Shown here in pieces: positions 28,436 through 37,735 of a DNA stretch of 64,000 nucleotides (the stretch's first letter is position 1; every line of letters starts with the position of its first letter). The DNA is from Opitutaceae bacterium (GTDB lineage: Bacteria > Verrucomicrobiota > Verrucomicrobiia > Opitutales > Coraliomargaritaceae). The notes below the pieces were generated by a model that worked only from the letters and a program-made list of their open reading frames with translations, ran no database searches and had not been told where the DNA came from. The position numbers and the translations under genes were made by a program. Where the stretch lies: the NCBI GenBank assembly GCA_051252375.1, contig JBPOFY010000001.1, positions 32,001 through 96,000 of the forward strand, written 5' to 3'.

Positions 28436-30397
28436 CTAAAAAGTGTATCGCGCGCCAATATAGCCAGCTCGCCCGAGCGCAGGATATCCAGCTGCGGGCT
28501 CGTAAGCTTCATCCAACAAATTCTCCACTCGCCCGAAAAGCGTCACGCGTTCACTGACCGCCCAGTCAATAACGAGTCGAACAACAAAGAAATCCTCATG
28601 GTCGCCTTGCGTATAGAAAACCGGATCATAGTCTTCACGATCAAAATGCCCGATTGCTTGAAGCCCGGCATGCAAGTCATCAGTGACTTGGTAATCGACT
28701 CCGAGTTGCAGCATGTGACGCGGACGACGAGTCAGGCGCTTATCCGCGTCTTCATCAACCGCAGTCAGATATGTGTATCCCAAGCTCACATCGACCTTCT
28801 TTGTCACAGCATAGTTCGCCTCGAACTCTACACCCTCGGTCTTCGCCGATTTCACATTAATCGTGTCATACTCATATGTGAATGGTGCGACTTCAATCGC
28901 GTTGTAACCGAGCATATCATCGATCTGATTCTTAAACCCAAGAATCGACCAGACGAGGTCGCCGTCTAAAAGAGTCTGGCGAAAACCAAGCTCATAAGAT
29001 CGACTTTGCTCGGCACTCAAAGGCGTATCAAACCCTGCCACGTCAAAAGCAATGTCCGCTGCCCCAGGAGGCGCATAAGATGTCGCATACTTAGCAAACA
29101 CTGTGCAGCCGTAGTCATTGAAATTATACAACACTTCGACACTACCAGTCGTCTCTGAATCAAATTCAGAATAGTCATCATAGCGTAAGCCACCGCGTAA
29201 TTCCAAGTCGCCGATCAACCACATAGCCTGCGCGTAAGCACCATATTGTTCAAATTCTTCAGCGTAAGGTTTCGCGGGATCCAAAGGATCGAACTCTAGG
29301 TTGCTGTTCGTCGCTTCATCTTTTCGATAGATGAGTCCGCCGGAAATCAACAAGTCATCCGTAATCGAATAGTCGACCTGGAAACTCACTTCATCCGAAT
29401 CCAACTCAATCACATTCGATGTTGGAAAATCGCCAAGGTAAGTCCAAAAATCATCAAACGAAGAACGGACCTGACTTAGCCCTGTTTGACTATTCGAATG
29501 CGAATAAAAAAGATGAACCGAAAGCTCATCTGTCGCATAGCGCAGGCCGGGCGAGATCAACCAGTTCTCAATATCCTGCCCATCTTCTAGTTTCGGATCA
29601 GTTATTGCGCCTGGCAGACCCTTCTCACTTTCTGAATATTGCCCCAAGAGCTCCAAGCTCAGTGCATCAGTTAGACGATAGTCAAAGCGCGAAGTGATAC
29701 TGCGCGATTCATATTCGTCGTTATCGCGCTCATTATCGGTGGAGAGCGCAGACCCAGCTAAGCTCACACCCAAATCACCACTAGCCACAGATGCCGCAAA
29801 AGCGCCCCGGCGATAGCCATTGGCACCGATTTCCGCTTCGATCGAACCGACCGGCGACTCATTATCCAGCGAAGACTGTGTGCGCAAATCAATTGCACCG
29901 CCAATACCACTGGAACCGTAATTCACAGAGGAAGCACCACGTTGCACCTGGACACTGTCCAAATTCCCGATCGACAGCAGCTCAAGATCATACTGATTCC
30001 CGAAGCCTGAGTTAAGACGACGACCATCGAGAAAAAACGCTGTGTGATTACTTTCCGTGCCACGAGTGAATAAAGAAGTCTGCGCACCAGTCGCACCGGA
30101 TGAGATCAACACCATACCCTGTTGTTTTTCCAAAACATCAACCAAGTTGCGGTTCTGCCAGCTTTCCATCTCATCTTGTGAGATATAATCGACCGACGGT
30201 GAAACACGGTCGAGCCCGAGCGGTGTGCGAGTCGCCACCACCACATAAGGTGCGAGCTCGCCTTCCATTTCAGCTGTTTCACTAGCGACCTCGTCAGCAA
30301 AACTGACGACTGGTAATAAAAGGATGCTAGCCCAAAGCGAACTTTTGGCTGCGTTTTTGAATGCGTTTTGTAGGTGCATCTCTTTCGAAAATGCCAT
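28436..30397 (-). CDS. TonB-dependent outer-membrane receptor (BtuB-like plug)
   Basis: VVVATRT, FTRGTESNHT, RGASSVNYGSSGIGG, ENLLDEAY, C-terminal YTF. Confidence 0.92.
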   Translation of the reverse strand: MAFSKEMHLQNAFKNAAKSSLWASILLLPVVSFADEVASETAEMEGELAPYVVVATRTPLGLDRVSPSVDYISQDEMESWQNRNLVDVLEKQQGMVLISSGATGAQTSLFTRGTESNHTAFFLDGRRLNSGFGNQYDLELLSIGNLDSVQVQRGASSVNYGSSGIGGAIDLRTQSSLDNESPVGSIEAEIGANGYRRGAFAASVASGDLGVSLAGSALSTDNERDNDEYESRSITSRFDYRLTDALSLELLGQYSESEKGLPGAITDPKLEDGQDIENWLISPGLRYATDELSVHLFYSHSNSQTGLSQVRSSFDDFWTYLGDFPTSNVIELDSDEVSFQVDYSITDDLLISGGLIYRKDEATNSNLEFDPLDPAKPYAEEFEQYGAYAQAMWLIGDLELRGGLRYDDYSEFDSETTGSVEVLYNFNDYGCTVFAKYATSYAPPGAADIAFDVAGFDTPLSAEQSRSYELGFRQTLLDGDLVWSILGFKNQIDDMLGYNAIEVAPFTYEYDTINVKSAKTEGVEFEANYAVTKKVDVSLGYTYLTAVDEDADKRLTRRPRHMLQLGVDYQVTDDLHAGLQAIGHFDREDYDPVFYTQGDHEDFFVVRLVIDWAVSERVTLFGRVENLLDEAYEPAAGYPALGRAGYIGARYTF

Positions 30398-30424
30398 CTC
30401 AACAACAAAGACAACCTTTTTGAT

Positions 30425-30445
30425 ATTTGAGAATCACTCTCAAAT
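30425..30445. promoter_or_regulatory. Fur-box-like palindrome 1
   Basis: ATTTGAGAATCACTCTCAAAT, perfect 8-bp arms, 28 bp upstream of the receptor gene. Confidence 0.7.
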
Positions 30446-30532
30446 TAAAACCTAAGCAACATACCTAACCCAACTCAAGCTTCGCTACAACTCAACCGCA
30501 TATAGGGCAATGGCTTATGGAATATCTACACG

Positions 30533-30557
30533 CTTATTGAAACCGATTCTCAATAAG
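30533..30557. promoter_or_regulatory. Fur-box-like palindrome 2
   Basis: CTTATTGAAACCGATTCTCAATAAG, same TTGA(G/A)A-N5-TCTCAA core. Confidence 0.65.
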
Positions 30558-30625
30558 TAGAAATGTTACAATACCATACCAGTATTAGCGAGACTACTCA
30601 AATATCACTCTCGGCCGACCGCCAA

Positions 30626-31021
30626 TTAGCAATCGTAGAGCACGTCTTCAGCTACCAGCACATTATCGGCGCGCACGACACGTCGATTGCCATCCGCTAA
30701 AACGAGCACTTTTGGTTTCCAAGATTTGGCCTCTTCGGCCTCGAACTGCGCAAAGGACATGATGACTAGGAGGTCGCCCTTTTCGCCTTTGTGCGCCGCA
30801 GCACCATTCAACGAAATCGTGTGTGATCCTTTCGGAGCCTCAATCGCATAGGTCTCCAAGCGTTCGCCATTGGCGATGTTGGCGACCAATATCTTCTCGT
30901 AAGGCACTAGCCCCACTTGCTCCATTAAGGCAGCATCAATCGCAAGACTGCCTTCATAATGAAGAGCACGATCCGTGACTTCTGCGCGTAGCAGCTTGGA
31001 TTTAAGAAGTGTGACTTGCAT
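30626..31021 (-). CDS. panD: Aspartate 1-decarboxylase
   Basis: [15 protein letters not shown] (G|S cleavage site), [17 protein letters not shown]; start at MQVTL. Confidence 0.95.
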   Translation of the reverse strand: MQVTLLKSKLLRAEVTDRALHYEGSLAIDAALMEQVGLVPYEKILVANIANGERLETYAIEAPKGSHTISLNGAAAHKGEKGDLLVIMSFAQFEAEEAKSWKPKVLVLADGNRRVVRADNVLVAEDVLYDC

Positions 31022-31112
31022 GTCTGTAATGGTTGTCAATCTGACAGGATTGTCAAAAAGCTGCGGAGGTTGGTGAACTTTCGGGAGTTTGACAATTGGA
31101 AACTGACACCCC

Positions 31113-32240
31113 CTAACTCTCCTCTTCTCTGACCTGAACCTTAAACGTAAACGTGCTCCCTTGCCCCAACTGGCTTTCAGCGGAGAACTTGCCCCCCATT
31201 CGGTCAGAAAGCGTCTTACACAGCGACAAACCAAGTCCGAGCCCTTCATGTGCTCGCCTCAAGGAGGAATCCCCCTGCGTAAATGCATCAAAAATTCGAC
31301 CATCCTCAAGATGACTCGGGTCGATTCCCGGTCCGGTATCAGTCACCTGAAAAATCAATTGCACTTTATTGCTACTCAATTGCTCGGCAGAGATTTTTAC
31401 CAGAATGCTCCCCGCTTTGGTAAATTTAACCGCGTTCTGGAGCAATTTCCGGACAATGATTCGAATCTCCTGCTCTGCGCCAGAAACATACTGTGGTAGG
31501 CTTTGAGGTATATCCGATTCGATCACGACACCATCAACTGGCACGGTATCATTCAACAGCTTCAGCACTAAGGTGGCAGGATTGAAAGAGCCTCGTGACA
31601 TCTCACTCTCGCTCATCGACATCTTCGCGTAGGTTAAAATATCCTGCACGTGCTCGAAATACTTCAGACTGCAATTATGGATCGTGCTGACAAACTCAGC
31701 CTGCTCTTCATCGAGTGGAGTATCCTGTAAAAGCTCAATAAAGCCAAGGATACCGTTCATCGGCGTATTCAACTCGTGGCTGACGATTTCCAAGAAATTG
31801 GTCTTCGCCGCATTCACGTCCTTACGGATGACCGCCTCCTGCTGTGTGACAAAGAGGTAATTATTATAGCAGCGCTCGACCACTTTTTGGATATGATCCA
31901 AGTCAAAAGGCTTCTTTAGATACTCCGAAGCGCCGAAGCTAATCGCCTGACGAGCGGTTTCGAGTGTCTCAAAGGCGGTGAGCACAATGACCTCAGTGTG
32001 CGGATCGATCTTTTTCACCTCACGCAAGACATCGATACCACTCAGCCCACGCATACGGATATCCGTGATCACTAGGTGAAATGGCTTGTTCTTCGAAAAC
32101 TCAATCGCCTCCTCCCCTGAGCTCGCGATCGTCACATCGTAGTCATCCGAGAAAATCATGTGTAAGGACTGCCGAGGACCATCCTCGTCATCGACAACAA
32201 GCATGCGTTTTAGGGAATTATCTGTCTCGGCTTCTGTCAT
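31113..32240 (-). CDS. Receiver-histidine kinase hybrid (REC + HisKA + HATPase)
   Basis: [45 protein letters not shown]. Confidence 0.92.
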   Translation of the reverse strand: MTEAETDNSLKRMLVVDDEDGPRQSLHMIFSDDYDVTIASSGEEAIEFSKNKPFHLVITDIRMRGLSGIDVLREVKKIDPHTEVIVLTAFETLETARQAISFGASEYLKKPFDLDHIQKVVERCYNNYLFVTQQEAVIRKDVNAAKTNFLEIVSHELNTPMNGILGFIELLQDTPLDEEQAEFVSTIHNCSLKYFEHVQDILTYAKMSMSESEMSRGSFNPATLVLKLLNDTVPVDGVVIESDIPQSLPQYVSGAEQEIRIIVRKLLQNAVKFTKAGSILVKISAEQLSSNKVQLIFQVTDTGPGIDPSHLEDGRIFDAFTQGDSSLRRAHEGLGLGLSLCKTLSDRMGGKFSAESQLGQGSTFTFKVQVREEES

Positions 32241-32288
32241 GTGTTTAAAATATATACATCCACTTTGTGACTCAGCACTCTAGGGTGC

Positions 32289-33728
32289 TCAAGCCAAATT
32301 AAACTGCAGAGTCACTGATTCTGCAACAGCAGCGGCGTCAAAAGGCTTCTGCAAAATCACATCTTTCGAGCTGAAGCCATACGCCGCCTCCAACATTCCC
32401 CGCCGCTTACAGGTGCAGTAAAAGAATTTAAAACCACCACCGGCCTCTTTTGCGGCATCTCTCAATATCGCTAAAGCTTCCAATGAATATCCGTCTAAAT
32501 CGAAAAATACGCCATCGATCTCACCGGAACGGATGCGGCCAGCCGCAGACTCCACCCCAGTCTCGATGCTCAACTGGCAATCCTCGGACAAAATGATCTC
32601 CAGCGATTCAATAACCGCGGGATAGGCGTCCATCACGATCAGCTTAGGGCGCAGTGCTTCGGTAACTGGCTGCAAAGACTCAATCGCTTGGCTCAACAAG
32701 GCCTCAGCCGGAGACTCTTCGCCCCCTTTAGCTTCGTAGCCGACAACCGAGACCAACAATTCTGCGTCAGAATAAGATGAAAGTTCCTGCTTCAACATAT
32801 AACGCACCGAACGCAGACGTTTACCTTCAAAAATCATGGCACAACGATACGCATCCAATGGCTGAATGTGGCGCGGATCGAGCTGCAAACGACTCGCCGA
32901 AGCCTTCGCCTTGGCATATATCTGCCCAGCAACCGAACGCGACTCCAGCACGACCACTGAAACCGGCACACCTCGTGATTCACTACGGTATGCCTCTTTA
33001 TCGAGCTCGACCAAAAGTTTCGAGCGATACGCACTCAAATCATATAAAACACACGCAGTCATCGCCACACCCTCGGCGACTTCCATGGCACGCGCTTCCG
33101 AGTAAATAAAACGCCCTCCTATCTCAAAATGCATCTGCACGCGCCCAGATTGCTTCGCATGGCTCACCAGCTCGGCTTGAACCAACGCCGCACCACCCTC
33201 ACCAAGAAGGCGGCGCGCTAACTTATTCTCCACGATAACTTGCCCCTGCGATTCAAAGCAGACCACTCCAAGTGGCAGCTGATTGATTAAATATTGGAGC
33301 ACCTGCTCCGCCTTGGATTTCTGCCGGAAATTATGGGCTTGCTGCACCAACGAGGCAATCAGCCCCGACATCGCACCCAAAAGGTGTAAGTCTTCCGCTC
33401 CAAATGCCTGGTGATCCTGACGGCCTGAATATTTCAAGTAGCCCATACTGCCCCCTTGCCCAGCAACAGAGATGACGGTTTCCACAGATTCTAGATTCTC
33501 AAAGTCTGGCACCGAAGTCTGCCCCGAAAACGGATCCACCAACTGCGCACTACCATCCAAATAAAGATCCGAACCGACCAATTCCTTCAGGCTATCGAGA
33601 AACAGATCAAACTCCCCAAAGCTCGACAAGCTTGAGGCGAATGAACGCAAATACTCCCCTGCCAATGCCGCAGGCTCATGAGACAATTGAGTCACGCGCG
33701 TATTAATTAGTTTACCGGATTCAGGCAT
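32289..33728 (-). CDS. Multidomain signalling protein: GAF-like, PAS-like, degenerate GGDEF-like, C-terminal receiver
   Basis: AFGAEDLHLL; INQLPLGVVCFE..ENKLARRLLG; LDKEAYRSESRGVPVSVVVLE; C-terminal DGVFFD...T...QKPFD; ATG overlaps the upstream kinase stop. Confidence 0.7.
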   Translation of the reverse strand: MPESGKLINTRVTQLSHEPAALAGEYLRSFASSLSSFGEFDLFLDSLKELVGSDLYLDGSAQLVDPFSGQTSVPDFENLESVETVISVAGQGGSMGYLKYSGRQDHQAFGAEDLHLLGAMSGLIASLVQQAHNFRQKSKAEQVLQYLINQLPLGVVCFESQGQVIVENKLARRLLGEGGAALVQAELVSHAKQSGRVQMHFEIGGRFIYSEARAMEVAEGVAMTACVLYDLSAYRSKLLVELDKEAYRSESRGVPVSVVVLESRSVAGQIYAKAKASASRLQLDPRHIQPLDAYRCAMIFEGKRLRSVRYMLKQELSSYSDAELLVSVVGYEAKGGEESPAEALLSQAIESLQPVTEALRPKLIVMDAYPAVIESLEIILSEDCQLSIETGVESAAGRIRSGEIDGVFFDLDGYSLEALAILRDAAKEAGGGFKFFYCTCKRRGMLEAAYGFSSKDVILQKPFDAAAVAESVTLQFNLA

Positions 33729-35859
33729 CTTTTTCTTTTGAATCAAAAACCTTCAAGGAGACAACGAAGTTCGCACCACCATCAGGCATGTTGGATACCG
33801 TAATCGCTCCATTGTGATTGTCCACAATACGTTTCGAAATCGCCAGCCCAAGCCCCATGCCATGCTTCTCCAATCGCGTGCCAGTATCTTTCGAAGTGAT
33901 AAACGGATCAAAAATACGGGGTAAAATCGCTGGTGGAATACCCTTACCATTATCAGACACCGACACATCCACCCATGACTTCCTCTCGCGTGAACGCATC
34001 GATTTAAGCCCTACTTCGATTGTAATACAAGGCGATGGTATCCCCGATAAAGCATGTAGCGCATTCTCAATTAGGTTATTAAAAACCTGCATCAGTTGAT
34101 CCATGCTGGCCAGAATCACCACCGACTCATCAATCTCCGAATTAAAACGAATTTCAACTCCCGCGATCTTCGCTGACGATTCATAAATCTCCATGCTACT
34201 ACGAATAATCGAAAGTAAATTAGCAGGTGACCTCCTTGACTGCTGATTTTGCGAATACAGCGCAACGCCTTCGACGATATTTCCGATGCGTTTCACATCA
34301 CGCAATAGAACGTCTTTAAAATCATCCGAAACCGACTCCACAGATTTCCCTGCTTGAACCAGCGTCGCTAAGGTTTGCACGGACACCAAAGGATTTCGTA
34401 TCTCATGCGCCAAGCCGGCGGCCATGGTTCCCAATGCAACCAGCTTATCGACTTCATTCGACCTACGCTCCAAGTCACGAATTCTAAGGTTCAGGCCAAT
34501 TTGAGCCCCAATGCTAAACAATATGGCTGATTCGTCCTCCGTAAACGGCCGCGCCTCACTAAGGGCACCTAATAAAATCAAACCAAAGACTTCATGGTCA
34601 GCAAAAATGGGCACCACCACTGACAAACTCATGTCATTTCGAAGGCTCACCAATGCCGAATAATACTGCTCACTCAACTCACCATATACCTGCGCAAATA
34701 TCAGCGCCTCAGGCTTACGGCTCAGGCCATCAATAATGGGGTTGTCCGGTTCAATGAGATATTCTTCTGGTGCTTGGTTAAATTTCCCAGAGCTATACTT
34801 GCAGCTATAATTACTCTCAAAAACCTCTAATCGATAAACCGCCACACCACTCACATCGATCGAACGCATGAGAGTATCGCCCACGGCTTCAAACATACTT
34901 TGCTCGTCAACCAAATCGGCCAACTTCATTGGTAACTCTTTCAGCTCGGCCAATGCACTCACACGGTCTTTTCGAAACACGCCCTCCAAAATACTTTCCG
35001 TCCAATATCTGAATTTTGGAACTCCCCAAAAAACCAACGCGCTACACCCAAACGCAATAAACCCGCGCAACCAAAAGTCCTGCACACTGACTGGATCACC
35101 TGAAAGGCTCCGAAATAAGACGAAGAACAACAGATAAAATAGTGCCACAGAAACATTCAACATGAGGCCGACGATCGCCTTATAGAGATCCAAACTGAAC
35201 CCGAAGATTCGATTATGATACAAGCCGTGCACCATCAAAAACAAATACACTGAAACCAGTATATTACCATATGGCTGAAGCGGGATATCATACCACAACG
35301 GAAAGTTCGTGGCGCCGCCGGTAAACCCGATCAATGCCGAGAATAAGACCAACAGGTAGTCAGATGCTTTCCCGCCAAGATTTCGTGACCAACCTTTAAA
35401 TAATACCCACAGTGCAGCAAAGAGGTAGCCACTAAAAACGAGTAAATATACTGGCATCAGAGCTCCGGCATTCGGCCAAAAATCGTGCCCGTGGCGAGGC
35501 GACACCCCATCGACGATTAATCCAAACGGGACAGCGCACACTAAAAGAAAAGCAGCCGCATAGCCAAAATAAACCAAACGCTTCGTTTTCTCCCCCGCTA
35601 GCTCTAATGAAAAATGATACAAGGCTACGGGCTGAAAAGCAGCAGCACTGATTAACACATTACAATAATACACCGCATACACTTCCGATGTTGAGAGGCG
35701 CCAAAGCGTGTAAGCAAAGGACCAAACAGTAATGGCTAGCAAGAAATACAGATAGCGTTTACGGACCGGATTTCGGTCGCGAGAAGACAATATGAAAGCA
35801 ACCTGCAGCAGGGCCGCCAACAGATTGAGGAAAGATGAAACCGTAAGATATGTATTCAC
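33721..35859 (-). CDS. Multi-TM (HisKA_7TM-like) GAF sensor histidine kinase
   Basis: About 7-9 TM helices with GGATNF; GAF ending PFTEDESAIL; LGTMAAGLAHEIRNPL; QVFNNLIENA, DNGKG, GMGLGL; GTG start overlaps the upstream TGA. Confidence 0.9.
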   Translation of the reverse strand: MNTYLTVSSFLNLLAALLQVAFILSSRDRNPVRKRYLYFLLAITVWSFAYTLWRLSTSEVYAVYYCNVLISAAAFQPVALYHFSLELAGEKTKRLVYFGYAAAFLLVCAVPFGLIVDGVSPRHGHDFWPNAGALMPVYLLVFSGYLFAALWVLFKGWSRNLGGKASDYLLVLFSALIGFTGGATNFPLWYDIPLQPYGNILVSVYLFLMVHGLYHNRIFGFSLDLYKAIVGLMLNVSVALFYLLFFVLFRSLSGDPVSVQDFWLRGFIAFGCSALVFWGVPKFRYWTESILEGVFRKDRVSALAELKELPMKLADLVDEQSMFEAVGDTLMRSIDVSGVAVYRLEVFESNYSCKYSSGKFNQAPEEYLIEPDNPIIDGLSRKPEALIFAQVYGELSEQYYSALVSLRNDMSLSVVVPIFADHEVFGLILLGALSEARPFTEDESAILFSIGAQIGLNLRIRDLERRSNEVDKLVALGTMAAGLAHEIRNPLVSVQTLATLVQAGKSVESVSDDFKDVLLRDVKRIGNIVEGVALYSQNQQSRRSPANLLSIIRSSMEIYESSAKIAGVEIRFNSEIDESVVILASMDQLMQVFNNLIENALHALSGIPSPCITIEVGLKSMRSRERKSWVDVSVSDNGKGIPPAILPRIFDPFITSKDTGTRLEKHGMGLGLAISKRIVDNHNGAITVSNMPDGGANFVVSLKVFDSKEKDA

Positions 35860-37547
35860 TTCACAATACGAATGACATTGGCCTGATCACCAAATGATCG
35901 GTAACACCGAACTTCCGAAAAGCCTGCAGCCAGAGCCAATTGCTCTAACTCATCAAATTCAAAAAACGCATAGATGCCGCTATCTTTCTTCAGCTTAATT
36001 CGCCCGGCAGCTCCTAGCAGAACCGATGCATCCTCTTCCTTTTTCTCCGATTCATCCTGCGTCACATAGTTATGATACAACACAGTCATATCACAGCCCG
36101 GCTTCATACTCGACACCACGCCGACGCCGCCCGGCTTCAAGACTCGGGACAACTCTTTCATTAAATGAATCGGCTCTTTCAAATAGGATAAAACCAAGCT
36201 GCAGCAGACTTTGCTGATACTGGAATCCGCAAAAGGCAAGGAGGCTCCCTGCTCTCCCCCAATACTATCAAAATTCAACTTTCTATAGGAAAAATTAACA
36301 AAGCCCGAGTCCTTAAGCGCATCTCGCTGCATATGGATCAATTCATCCACATGCCTAGAATACGAACGAAATAAGCCTTCCTGAGTCAGATCCAAGCCGC
36401 AGTAATGAACCGGATTCGGCAATACTTTGAGCGTGTGCATCTCTTGAATCATCGAACGCATTAAACTAACGCCATAAAAGCCGTTACCGCAGCCAGCATC
36501 CAACACTACATCATAAGGCTGAATCGCTCCAAGTAGCCCACATACCGTCTTAAAATATTCTACATAATATTCAGCCGACTCGATAATGCCAAACTTACCC
36601 AAATAATCGCCCCAAAATTCATGCTCGGCCTCAGTGAACTTCATTGTGGCCTGCAATTTAGTTCGCTCCAATTTGTTTTGCGCAATCAATGTCCTCTTGC
36701 ACGGCACCTTTTCCAGAGATGGCTTTGCCATCCCTTCTGAACAGAAAACCAACAATCTACCAAAAGCCTGCTGCACCGCTTGAGGATTCTCATTTATTTC
36801 ATGCCCCACATCCTTGACTGACTCAACTACGCCTTGCGAGCACTGCGACATCACCGCTTCGACATCTTCCCGGACAACCCAAAGATCATTATCAGCAAAT
36901 AAATGCAAGGCCGGCACAGTCACTTTGGACGCATCCTCAATTGTCCCAGCGAGATCCAACATATTGGACTCGATCAAACTCTTATAAAAACGAGCTCCAT
37001 CAATTTCGAAGCCTAGAATGTCGACCTTTGTCCATGTCGCGCCCTTGGCTAACTCTCCGAAGAAATCGCGATTATAGATCGCCTTCAAGGTGCGATCCAT
37101 ATTCACCATGCCCACCAAACAGACATAGCGTGAAATTCTTTTATCTTGAGCACAGGCGCGAAGGCCACAACGAGCCGACAAGCTCAAAGTCGTTAAAACG
37201 ATCTCCGCAGGTTCAAAGTAACGGTCCACATAGTCCACGACAGCAACGATATCATCCGCAACACCCACGAGTGTGAATTGATCCATAGTCCCATCACTAT
37301 CACCGATATGATTCGTTTGATCAAAGCGTAGCACTTTAAAGCCATTCGCAGCGAGAAGGTATGACAGCTGTAGATTATTTTTCTTCGTCTCCCCATAACG
37401 AGGCGCCAAGACCACCACTCGCTCATTCCAAAGAGACTCAAGCCCTTCATCAAGATAGCCAACAATACGACGACCGCGCGGCCCTGGAAAAGTAACCAAG
37501 CGACTCGTGATTTCAGAAACTTCTTCGGCCTCTTTCGCAGTAGACAT
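35856..37547 (-). CDS. LuxD-like acyl-ACP thioesterase/acyltransferase fused to a class I SAM methyltransferase
   Basis: NGFKVLRFDQTNHIGDSDG, LSLSAR (Ser), ADNDLWV (Asp), GHEINEN (His); VLDAGCGNG, LPFADSS, SLVLSY, RVLKPGG. Confidence 0.8.
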   Translation of the reverse strand: MSTAKEAEEVSEITSRLVTFPGPRGRRIVGYLDEGLESLWNERVVVLAPRYGETKKNNLQLSYLLAANGFKVLRFDQTNHIGDSDGTMDQFTLVGVADDIVAVVDYVDRYFEPAEIVLTTLSLSARCGLRACAQDKRISRYVCLVGMVNMDRTLKAIYNRDFFGELAKGATWTKVDILGFEIDGARFYKSLIESNMLDLAGTIEDASKVTVPALHLFADNDLWVVREDVEAVMSQCSQGVVESVKDVGHEINENPQAVQQAFGRLLVFCSEGMAKPSLEKVPCKRTLIAQNKLERTKLQATMKFTEAEHEFWGDYLGKFGIIESAEYYVEYFKTVCGLLGAIQPYDVVLDAGCGNGFYGVSLMRSMIQEMHTLKVLPNPVHYCGLDLTQEGLFRSYSRHVDELIHMQRDALKDSGFVNFSYRKLNFDSIGGEQGASLPFADSSISKVCCSLVLSYLKEPIHLMKELSRVLKPGGVGVVSSMKPGCDMTVLYHNYVTQDESEKKEEDASVLLGAAGRIKLKKDSGIYAFFEFDELEQLALAAGFSEVRCYRSFGDQANVIRIVK

Positions 37548-37735
37548 ACACCACGTCTGATCGAAAAAACGTTTCTTGCAATCAAACTTTCCCTAAAGCA
37601 CATACCGTTGACTTTAAAAGCATTCCGAAAACGGCACCTTCACGCAGTTAATGGGGTCGCAACAAATCCTACATTTGGACCAGAAACAATGTTGCACTCT
37701 ACGTTACATCCCGACTATTTATTACGCTAAGATTT

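Noticed and set aside
30398..30625. Cobalamin riboswitch upstream of the BtuB-like receptor
   Set aside because: Region is AT-rich with no recognisable B12-box or GGGAA elements; Fur-like palindromes are present instead
35856..37547. Bioluminescence (lux) operon suggested by the LuxD-like domain
   Set aside because: No luxC, luxE, luxA or luxB-like ORFs in the window; the domain is fused to a methyltransferase
37632..37647. Sigma-54 promoter in the divergent gap of the signalling cluster (CGGCAC...CGCA)
   Set aside because: GG-to-GC spacing is 9 nt rather than the required 10
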